Source: Ktedonobacterales bacterium | GTDB taxonomy: Bacteria > Chloroflexota > Ktedonobacteria > Ktedonobacterales > JADMIN01 | Assembly: GCA_030167145.1 (NCBI GenBank) | Contig: CP126532.1 | Location: forward strand, 3,480,001 to 3,512,000 | Length of the DNA: 32,000 nt | Direction of reading: 5' to 3' | Shown: positions 25,082 to 32,000 of the stretch, in pieces | Layout: each line of letters opens with the position of its first letter | Numbering within the stretch: position 1 is the first letter of the stretch | The notes under the pieces: model-generated | What the model saw: only the letters and a program-made list of their open reading frames with translations | Database searches by the model: none | What the model was told of the DNA's origin: nothing | Translations under genes and position numbers: made by a program

Positions 25082-25888
25082 CTAATAGCCCGCCGTCAAG
25101 CCGAAATCCATCGAGAGACACGCGCCAGTGATCGGCGCCGCCTCCGCGCTGGCCAGATAGGCGATCAGCGCTGCCACCTCGTCCGGACGGATGAACCGCG
25201 CCTGCTTGCCCTGCGGATAATGTGATAGCAGATCGCGCAGATAGCCATCGGGATCACCCTTGCCGAAGGTCTGCGCCTGATAGTGGATCATCGGCGTATC
25301 AATATCGCCGGGGCAGATGGCGTTGACGCGCACCCCACGCTCAGCCATCTCCACCGCCAGCGCCCGCGTCACCAGCGCCACACCGCCCTTCGAGGCGCAG
25401 TAGACGGCAGCGCCCTTGTTGCCCCATAGCCCGGCATCCGAACTGATGTTGATGATGCAGCCGCCGGTTCGTTCCAGCGCCGGAATCGCGTAGCGGCAGA
25501 TGAAGAATGTGCCCTTCAGGTTCACGTCCAGCACGTGGTCCCACTCTTCCTCCGTCACCGCGTCCGACGGGCCTTCGGTCCAGACGCCCGCCGCGTTCAC
25601 CACGCAATCCAGCCGCCCGCGCCACTCGCTCACCACCCGCACCGCGCGCTCGCACTCCGCCACCACCCGAATATCCGCCGCGACGGGGAGCAGCCGCCCG
25701 TCACCGGAATCGAGCCGTTCGCGCGCCTCGTCGAGCTTCCGCGCGCTCACATCGCAGAGGCCCACCGCCCAGCCATCGCGCAAGAAACGCGCGGCGGTCG
25801 CCAGCCCCACGCCGCCCGCGCCGCCGGTAATCAGTGCCACGCGCGGCGCGGCGGCTTGTTCGTCAATCTGCGCATCCGCATCCATCAT
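25082..25888 (-). CDS. Short-chain dehydrogenase/reductase (SDR)
   Basis: VALITGGAGGVGLATA (TGxxxGxG), NAAG, catalytic YCASK, PGDIDTP. The start ATG overlaps the stop of the upstream SDR (ATGA). Confidence 0.88.
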   Translation of the reverse strand: MMDADAQIDEQAAAPRVALITGGAGGVGLATAARFLRDGWAVGLCDVSARKLDEARERLDSGDGRLLPVAADIRVVAECERAVRVVSEWRGRLDCVVNAAGVWTEGPSDAVTEEEWDHVLDVNLKGTFFICRYAIPALERTGGCIINISSDAGLWGNKGAAVYCASKGGVALVTRALAVEMAERGVRVNAICPGDIDTPMIHYQAQTFGKGDPDGYLRDLLSHYPQGKQARFIRPDEVAALIAYLASAEAAPITGACLSMDFGLTAGY

Positions 25889-26700
25889 GTGCGCGGCTCC
25901 CCTGGCCCCTTGTGCTCCTGCAAGATGTTGCCGCCGTCCACCACCAGCAGATGCCCCGTCACATAGCTCGCCGCCTCCGAGGCAAGGAAGACAATCGCGG
26001 CGGCCACCTCGTCAGGCCGTCCGGGGCGGCCTATGGGCGTATGACTGCCCGCCTCCAACTCATCTGGCAGCGACGACTCCGTGGCGATCCACCCCGGCGC
26101 GACGCCGTTGACCGTCACCCCACTGCGCCCCAGTTCCAGCGCCAGCGCGCGGGTCAGCCCGGCCAGCGCCGCCTTCGCCGCGCCATAGCCGCTGGAGCCA
26201 GGGATGGCGACCATCGGCCCCGTGACCGACGACACGTTGACGATTCGCCCATAGCCCCGCGCGACCATCCCCGGCGCGACAGCCCGCGTCACCAGCACTG
26301 TCGTCTTCAGGTTCAGCGCCAGCGCCCGCTCCCAATCCGCCTCATCCATGTCCAGGAAGCGCTTCGACGGCGTCTCGAAGCCTGTCTGCGTCATCCCCGC
26401 GTTGTTCACCAGCACGTCAATGCGCCCGAAGCGATCCAGCACCGCCTGCGCCAGCCCGGCCACCTCTTCGGCGTGGGTCAGGTCGGCGACGAACGCCGCG
26501 ACGCTGTGGCCTTCGGCGGCAAGTTCGGCGGCCCGCGCGTGGATGCGCTCCGTGGTAGATGTGATCGCGACCGACGCGCCAGCGGCGGCCAGCGCACGGG
26601 CGGCGGCGAAGCCGATACCGCTCTGGCTGCCGCAGCCCGTGACCAGCGCCACCCGTCCCGCTAATGTAGTGAGATGTGAGGATGGTGAGGAGTTCAACAT
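25885..26700 (-). CDS. Short-chain dehydrogenase/reductase (SDR, FabG-like)
   Basis: VALVTGCGSQSGIGFAAA, NNAG, YGAAKAAL, PGWIAT. Confidence 0.88.
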   Translation of the reverse strand: MLNSSPSSHLTTLAGRVALVTGCGSQSGIGFAAARALAAAGASVAITSTTERIHARAAELAAEGHSVAAFVADLTHAEEVAGLAQAVLDRFGRIDVLVNNAGMTQTGFETPSKRFLDMDEADWERALALNLKTTVLVTRAVAPGMVARGYGRIVNVSSVTGPMVAIPGSSGYGAAKAALAGLTRALALELGRSGVTVNGVAPGWIATESSLPDELEAGSHTPIGRPGRPDEVAAAIVFLASEAASYVTGHLLVVDGGNILQEHKGPGEPRT

Positions 26701-26773
26701 GTACGCCGTTGTACCATTGCGGTACAGTAGAAGTCCACTGCTATCCTGGACACCACTCTTGCGCTACTCTGGC

Positions 26774-27442
26774 CTAATGGCAACTCTCGATTGCCGCTCT
26801 CGCGGAAGTGGTGACGGCGCGCTCGATTACCTCTTGCACCGTCGTCCACAGCAGCCGCAGGCCGAAGTAACCCAGCGCCAGGCCGCAGAGCGCGCTGATG
26901 ATGCGGAACAATCCGGGGCGCACCCAGCGTCGCCCCCAGCCAATCAGCGCCGAGATGCCAAAGCACCAGCACGTCGCGCCGACGAAGAACGCCGCCAGGA
27001 AGAGCAGCAGATCGCCGCCGCTGGCGCCGCTGGCCACCACACCGCTGCCGATGCCCGACCAGAACGCCAGCCCCACCGGATTCGCCAGCCCGAAGAATGT
27101 GCCGGTGGCGAAGTCGCCGCGCGCCCGCTGCGCTGCCTCTGGCTGTTTGCCCACCCAGGCGTCGTGCAGCGCATTCCACGCCACCCGCAGCAGAAAACAG
27201 CCGCCCGCTATGCCCAGAATCACCTGCACCGCCAGATGCTGCGCCAATAGCGCGATCCCCGTCAGCGCCAGCGCCGCCCACAACGAATCGCCGATCAGCG
27301 AACCAGCCTCCACCAGCAGCGTCGAGCGCGGCCCGTGCGCCAGCCCGCGCCGCACCGCCTCCGTATTCACCGCTCCCGGCGCAGCGGCATACGCCAGACC
27401 CAGCCCCACGGCTGACATCACCAGTGCCGTTTGGTTTATCAT
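26774..27442 (-). CDS. LysE/RhtB-family amino-acid exporter
   Basis: MINQTALVMSAVGLGLAYAAAPGAVNTEAVRRGL... matches the conserved N-terminal PGP/PGA-N motif; six hydrophobic segments; about 220 aa, typical of the family. Confidence 0.82.
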   Translation of the reverse strand: MINQTALVMSAVGLGLAYAAAPGAVNTEAVRRGLAHGPRSTLLVEAGSLIGDSLWAALALTGIALLAQHLAVQVILGIAGGCFLLRVAWNALHDAWVGKQPEAAQRARGDFATGTFFGLANPVGLAFWSGIGSGVVASGASGGDLLLFLAAFFVGATCWCFGISALIGWGRRWVRPGLFRIISALCGLALGYFGLRLLWTTVQEVIERAVTTSARAAIESCH

Positions 27443-27549
27443 AGGGTATTCCTAACAAACTGAATGCTCATCCCATTATATGGCGCATCTATGGCGCGCA
27501 CATGCAAGGCAGTGTACCATGCGCGAGCACGTGTGCCGCCCGCTCCCCT

Positions 27550-27575
27550 GGTGGGGCGGACATTCCAGTCTGCCT
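27550..27575. repeat. Dispersed copy (inverted orientation) of the REP-like palindromic unit seen at 15931-15955
   Basis: GGTGGGGCGGACATTCCAGTCTGCCT. Its reverse complement AGGCAGACTGGAATGTCCGCCCCACC matches GGGCAGACACGAATGTCCGCCCCACC (15931-15956) at 23 of 26 positions. Confidence 0.7.
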
Positions 27576-28000
27576 CTCTCCCCAACCCGCGACGGCGGGG
27601 CCAGCCTGCGGCGCAGCTAACGATCCATAGGGAGCGGAGCAGGCTGTGAGCGCAGCGGAGTGGCCGTAGGGCATCCGTAGGGCAAGCGGAGCGCAGCCCC
27701 TCCGAGCGCGCAGCCCCTCTGAGCCGTTCCGAAGAGGGGTTCCGAGGAGGGGCGCACGGCGTGCGCCCGTCGCGCGGTTTCAACCGCCCGCGCTCCATCA
27801 CCACGTCGCATGTGAAATCTCACATCCCGCTATCAGTATCCTTTCATGCCAGCCGTCTATGCTTCCGCCCATGGGAGAGCGTATCCGGCGGCATGGAGTG
27901 CATCGAGCGCGAGCGTTCGTTCGGCTGCCCAGCATTCTCCCGTTGGCCGCGGCACGCGACGTATGCGACAGCGAATCAAGCAAGTTGAGGAGACACACGC

Positions 28001-28528
28001 ATGCAAGACAACTATGGCTACCAGGGTGGGCAGGACGACGCTCAAGCGGCGCTGCCCCCGCCGTCTCAACCCTACCCATCCTACTCGTCCTATCCCACTT
28101 ACCCGACCTACCCGCCTCCTGCCGCGCGCCCACCCCGACGACGCTGGCTGCTGCCGGGACTGCTGGCGCTCGCATTCGCCCTCACCCTGGGCATCGGCGC
28201 GCTTTTCGGTTCCACACTGCTGCCCAACGCACAGGCGGCGAGCAACGTGCCGGGGATCACATTCGCCGGGCGGAACGCCTTTGCCGGTGGCGCGGGCACG
28301 CAGGGCCAGTGCGGTGTGCTCACCGTGTCCAGCGTCAGCGGCCAGACGATTGTCGCCACCGCGCAGGACGGCAGCACCGTCACCATTCACACCACGTCCA
28401 GCACCCAATATACGCGGGCTGGCCAGGCCGCCACCGCTAGCGCCGTCACGGCGGGCAGCAAGATTCACGTGGATGGCACGCGCAACAGCGATGGCAGCAT
28501 CACCGCCACTCGCATAGACATCCAGTAG
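28001..28528 (+). CDS. Type-II anchored protein: PY-rich N-terminus, single TM, DUF5666-like beta domain
   Basis: GAGGAG RBS. PPPSQPYPSYSSYPTYPTYPPP, then RPPRRRW and TM LLPGLLALAFALTLGIGALFG. C-terminal pattern GVLTVSSVSGQTIVATAQDGSTVTIHTTSSTQYT...IHVDGTRNSDGSITATRIDI resembles DUF5666 repeats. Confidence 0.75.
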   Translation: MQDNYGYQGGQDDAQAALPPPSQPYPSYSSYPTYPTYPPPAARPPRRRWLLPGLLALAFALTLGIGALFGSTLLPNAQAASNVPGITFAGRNAFAGGAGTQGQCGVLTVSSVSGQTIVATAQDGSTVTIHTTSSTQYTRAGQAATASAVTAGSKIHVDGTRNSDGSITATRIDIQ

Positions 28529-28770
28529 CGCAACCTCCAAAGGGGGTCTGGGACCATACCCTGATCCACAGCAAGGTGGCGGGCACGGCAGCCATGCTCA
28601 ACCCGTCACCGGCGCCCCATACCAACATGCGTTAGCAGCGGTTTTGAAGCTCCTGTTCCAAAGAGCGGGTGTACCGCCCCTTCATGGGACCAGGGCAGGT
28701 GCTTCATGGTCCTCTCGCTGGCTTGGCACAGATCCTCTGACCCCACCAGTCGCCAGTTCGACCGATGCGG

Positions 28771-29241
28771 TCAGGGGATCGCTTGAACGGTATCGTCTTC
28801 TGCCACGTGCTTCAGGTACCGATTCCTGGTGAGCAGGAGTCCTTGCATGTACCGCGTGAGGATCAGCGCTTCAATTACCCTCCCAACGATCCCTAATGGG
28901 GCTTGGAACGTGAACGTATCAATCATAAGCGTTCCCGGTGGTTGGGGGACGAAGGCATGGTGATGCTTCATCTCTTGGAAAATTCCCCGGATCATCTCGT
29001 CAATAAAGTACTGCGGGCGCTCATATGCCGTGATTTTGGTGGTGAGATGCTGCTTGATGCCAAAATGGACCGCTTCCCACGTCACGGTATCCCCCAGGTG
29101 CATGACGCCGGTGGTCACTCCCGCAATCGGGTGCTCGTGGGTATGCGCCACCGAGTGGCGATGGAGGTCAACGCTGAGCGACAGATCGAAACACCGCTCT
29201 GGCGAAGCAGCAATCATCGTTTCGAGGCGAATGGTAGGCAT
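28771..29241 (-). CDS. SRPBCC-superfamily (polyketide cyclase/dehydrase-like) ligand-binding protein
   Basis: ORF 28771..29307 trimmed to ATG 29241 (AAGGAG upstream). MPTIRLETMIAASPERCFDLSLSVDLH...GDTVTWEAVHFGIKQHLTTKITAYERPQYFIDEM..G.F..MKHHHAF is typical of the cyclase/dehydrase START-like fold. The gene is about 52% GC against about 70% in its neighbours. Confidence 0.75.
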   Translation of the reverse strand: MPTIRLETMIAASPERCFDLSLSVDLHRHSVAHTHEHPIAGVTTGVMHLGDTVTWEAVHFGIKQHLTTKITAYERPQYFIDEMIRGIFQEMKHHHAFVPQPPGTLMIDTFTFQAPLGIVGRVIEALILTRYMQGLLLTRNRYLKHVAEDDTVQAIP

Positions 29242-29511
29242 CCTACGAATGCTCTCCTTGGCTCTTCGCTCTGAGGAGAGAGCCAGCAGCAGATGATAAA
29301 AAGGCACTGCTTGAACGTATTGTAGATGTTTTGAAACGGTTTGTACCTCATTGGCATATTCGCACTATGCATCCAATCAGGATGAGCCGTGGCAGTCATG
29401 CCGAGAACTCTCCCTATCACCACCTATCGCGTCACTCGCTCTGCTCTCGTGATGGAATGCCCACCGCGGTTGCCAGGCCAACATGTGACAACAATGCAAA
29501 TCAATTCGGTA

Positions 29512-30444
29512 TCATGCCTCATGTAGCTCTTGATGCACCGCGACACCGGCGATGACGAGAGCAACCCCTGCGATCTCGACAGGTGTGGGAATCTGGCGCA
29601 GGACGACCGCGCCAATCACCGTGGCGCACGCTGGCAGCAGCGCAAGCAACAACGCAAAGGTGGCGCGCGGAAGCCGTGCCATCGCCAACTGGTCGCAGAC
29701 ATACGGGATGACCGACGAGCAGATGCCGACGCCGATGCCCGCCAGCAGGAGTTGCGGCTGCGCGAACGTGGGCGCGGCTCCTGCCAATCCCAGTGGTGTG
29801 ATGGCAACCAGCGCGACCAGCATTGCGGCGCCCAGCCGGTCAATGCCCGTCTCATTCCCGCGCTTCTCTGTCGCCGTTGCGGGCGGCTCATTGGCGATAC
29901 GATGACCCAGCACCACATAGCCGATGAACAGCACACAATTGGCGAAGGCGAAGACGAAGCCCACAGGCTGGCCCGCCAGCCGCACATCTGTCAGCAGCCA
30001 GACCCCCGCCACTGCGAGCAGCAACGCCAGCACATTGCGGCGCGTGCGCAAGCCCAGTACCGCCAGCAGAATCGGCCCCAGGAACTCGATAGCGCCGACG
30101 GTCCCAAGTGGTAGGCGAGCGATGGCGAGATAAAAACAGGCATTCATCAGCGCCAGCACCACACCCAGCGCGATGAGGATGCGCGTGCGCCGCCATGACC
30201 CCACGAGAAAGAGACGCCAGGGCCGTCGCCACAGTGCGAAGACTACAGCCGCGCTGGCAATCCGCAGCCACGCCACCCCCAGCGGCGCGACCGCCGCAAA
30301 GAGCAGCACCGCGAACGCTGGCCCAAGATAGTGAAAGACCGCGCTGACCATGAAAAAGGCGTGCGGCGGAACCCTGGAAGCCAGGGCAGGCGGCTCGGAT
30401 GCGGCTGCGCGTGTCGCGGACCGCTGTGTCACATGGCGTGCCAT
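29512..30444 (-). CDS. EamA/DMT-family transporter (10-TM exporter)
   Basis: 310 aa, two EamA-like halves, highly hydrophobic (FFMVSAVFHYLGPAFAVLLF..., GAIEFLGPILLAVLG..., ICSSVIPYVCDQLAMARLP). Confidence 0.85.
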   Translation of the reverse strand: MARHVTQRSATRAAASEPPALASRVPPHAFFMVSAVFHYLGPAFAVLLFAAVAPLGVAWLRIASAAVVFALWRRPWRLFLVGSWRRTRILIALGVVLALMNACFYLAIARLPLGTVGAIEFLGPILLAVLGLRTRRNVLALLLAVAGVWLLTDVRLAGQPVGFVFAFANCVLFIGYVVLGHRIANEPPATATEKRGNETGIDRLGAAMLVALVAITPLGLAGAAPTFAQPQLLLAGIGVGICSSVIPYVCDQLAMARLPRATFALLLALLPACATVIGAVVLRQIPTPVEIAGVALVIAGVAVHQELHEA

Positions 30445-30560
30445 GGCGCAGTCGCTTTCTGCTGCTGACAGGATAGATAGATGGATGGCGCATCAGACAG
30501 CAGTATGGTAAAACGGAATGAGCCATTATTACATAGCAATGTGAAGGGAAATGCGCTCAA

Positions 30561-31058
30561 ATGCCTAACGAACAAAGGGAAGAGCAGGTTTTCACTTACG
30601 CGCCACGCCATGGGCTGCTGGATGCGGTGAACATGGGCCTGCTGGCGGAACTCCAGCGCAATCCGCGCCTGACCATCGCAGAGTTGGGGCGGCGGATTGG
30701 CATGTCATCGCCCGCCGTGAGCGAACGCCTGCGCCGGTTAGAAGAAGCTGGCGTTATCCGTGGCTATCGCCTTGACCTCGACCCTACCGCTCTGGGCCTG
30801 CCCATTGCGGCCTATGTCCGTGTCCGCCCTGGCCCCGGACAGTTGCCACGCATCGCCGAGCTTGCGCGAAGCATCCCCGAAATCGTCGAATGCCACCGCA
30901 TTACCGGGGAAGATTGTTTCATCCTCAAAGTGCATCTGCCCGCGATGGAGCAGCTTGACCGCCTACTCGACCGCTTCCTGCTCTATGGCACGACCACCAC
31001 CTCGATCATTCAGTCCTCGCCTGTTCCATTGCGCGGCTTACCCCTCCCAACACCATGA
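30561..31058 (+). CDS. Lrp/AsnC-family transcriptional regulator
   Basis: LLDAVNMGLLAELQRNPRLTIAELGRRIGMSSPAVSERLRRLEEAGVIRGY (HTH_AsnC), followed by a RAM/ACT-like domain (AYVRVRP...VECHRITGEDCFILKVH). Divergent from the EamA transporter. Confidence 0.88.
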   Translation: MPNEQREEQVFTYAPRHGLLDAVNMGLLAELQRNPRLTIAELGRRIGMSSPAVSERLRRLEEAGVIRGYRLDLDPTALGLPIAAYVRVRPGPGQLPRIAELARSIPEIVECHRITGEDCFILKVHLPAMEQLDRLLDRFLLYGTTTTSIIQSSPVPLRGLPLPTP

Positions 31059-31191
31059 TTCGGCAGAACCGGGAGACGCGCTATCGTGCGCGCGTGCGGA
31101 TTCGGCGAGGGCGCACCCGTACTTCATCCATAGCAAAAGCGGCGGGCCGGGCAATCCCTGCCCAGCTCGCCACCAAATTGAAAAGGCGCGA

Positions 31192-32000
31192 CTATTCGCG
31201 CACGTCGTCGTAGAGCACGGTGCTCAGGTAGCGCTCGCCCGCCGACGGGAAGATCGCCACGATCACCTTGCCCGCGTAATCCGGCCGCGCCGCCACCTGC
31301 GCCGCTGCCCACGCCGCCGCGCCGCTGCTGATGCCCACCAGCAGCCCCTCCTCGCGCGCCAGCCGCCGCGCCATCTCGATGGCGTCGTTATCCGCCACCT
31401 GCACGATATCGTCAATCAAATGGGTATCCAGCACTTGAGGAATGAAGCCCGCGCCGATACCTTGAATCTTGGTCGGCCCTGCCTGCCCACCGGAGAGCAC
31501 CGGAGACGCGGATGGCTCGACGGCAATCGCCTTGAAGGTCGGCTTGCGCGGCTTGATGACCTCCGCCACGCCAGTCAGCGTGCCGCCCGTGCCGATGCCG
31601 GAGATCAACGCATCCACCTGCCCCTCGGTATCCGTCCAGATCTCCTCGGCGGTGGTCTCGCGGTGAATCGCCGGATTCGCCGGATTGTTGAACTGCTGCG
31701 GAATCCACGAGTTGGGCGTCTTGGCCGCGATCTGCTCGGCCCGCGCGATTGAGCCAGGCATGCGCTCAGCCGCTGGCGTCAACACCACCTCCGCGCCCAG
31801 CCGCCGCAGCACCAGTTTCCGCTCCTGGCTCACCGTCTCTGGCATCACCAGGATGCACTTGTAGCCACGCGCGGCGGCGACCCACGCCAGCCCAATACCC
31901 GTATTCCCGCTGGTCGGCTCGATGATCGTCGCCCCCGGCTTGATGACGCCGCGCTGCTCCGCATCATTGACCATACTGACGGCAATACGATCCTTCACAC
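31192..32000 (-). CDS. cysK: Cysteine synthase / O-acetylserine sulfhydrylase (PLP-dependent, CysK/CysM family); 5' end beyond right window edge
   Basis: (V)[60 protein letters not shown]...[11 protein letters not shown]...GISSGAA. The track's initial M is the GTG (Val) of the S-V-K-D-R PLP-lysine motif, so the gene continues past 32000. Confidence 0.9.
   Translation of the reverse strand, partial: VKDRIAVSMVNDAEQRGVIKPGATIIEPTSGNTGIGLAWVAAARGYKCILVMPETVSQERKLVLRRLGAEVVLTPAAERMPGSIARAEQIAAKTPNSWIPQQFNNPANPAIHRETTAEEIWTDTEGQVDALISGIGTGGTLTGVAEVIKPRKPTFKAIAVEPSASPVLSGGQAGPTKIQGIGAGFIPQVLDTHLIDDIVQVADNDAIEMARRLAREEGLLVGISSGAAAWAAAQVAARPDYAGKVIVAIFPSAGERYLSTVLYDDVRE

Noticed and set aside
27714-27742. 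Group II intron domain V-like string GAGCCGTTCCGAAGAGGGGTTC
   Set aside because: Only the GAGCC...GGTTC ends resemble domain V. The element is about 12 nt too short, lacks the AGC-triad/bulge geometry, and no reverse transcriptase/maturase ORF or other intron domains are nearby.
28529-28770. Possible transposase or pseudogene remnant in the gap downstream of the SRPBCC gene
   Set aside because: My six-frame reading gives only short, interrupted peptides (for example MKGRYTRSLEQELQNRC) with no recognisable transposase motif or terminal inverted repeats. The gap is left unassigned.
1-32000. tRNA, rRNA, tmRNA or SRP RNA genes
   Set aside because: Scanning the intergenic regions found no T-loop (GGTTCGAATCC-like) or acceptor/CCA contexts, no rRNA-like conserved blocks, and no spacer long enough other than those discussed above.

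Overview
GC-rich (about 65-70% in genes, by eye), gene-dense chromosomal window with 31 supportable CDS. I found no rRNA or tRNA genes, no CRISPR array and no transposase or integrase genes. The many long antisense ORFs in the track are GC-driven shadows of the real genes. The protein repertoire suggests a Chloroflexota/Ktedonobacteria-like organism: b6-type cytochrome b, many type-II membrane proteins with Pro/Tyr-rich linkers, and TIR_2-type domains. That lineage call is a low-confidence inference. Left to right: partial b6-type cytochrome b; a small orphan protein; a zinc-ribbon/PY-rich/TM protein. Then a minus-strand string (zinc-ribbon TM protein, SAM methyltransferase, family III CoA-transferase, GT39/PMT-like glycosyltransferase). 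Then a small ORF followed by three tandem paralogous membrane-anchored TIR-domain proteins with three different C-terminal modules (4-TM bundle, 7-bladed propeller, LamG/DUF1080-like jellyroll). This TIR triad is the best candidate for an undescribed system. Next come a thioredoxin-like [2Fe-2S] ferredoxin overlapping a DppA/M55 D-aminopeptidase, a GDT1/COG4280-like membrane protein pair, and a cluster of REP-like palindromes in a divergent promoter region. After that: FAH-family hydrolase plus DinB; three tandem paralogous microsomal-type epoxide hydrolases; a DipZ-like redoxin with a CxxW (1-Cys) motif. The window ends with a minus-strand LysE-SDR-SDR-class III aminotransferase cluster, a 558-bp repeat- and hairpin-rich intergenic region, a DUF5666-like anchored protein, a low-GC islet with an SRPBCC gene, an EamA exporter / Lrp-AsnC regulator divergent pair, and a partial cysteine synthase.
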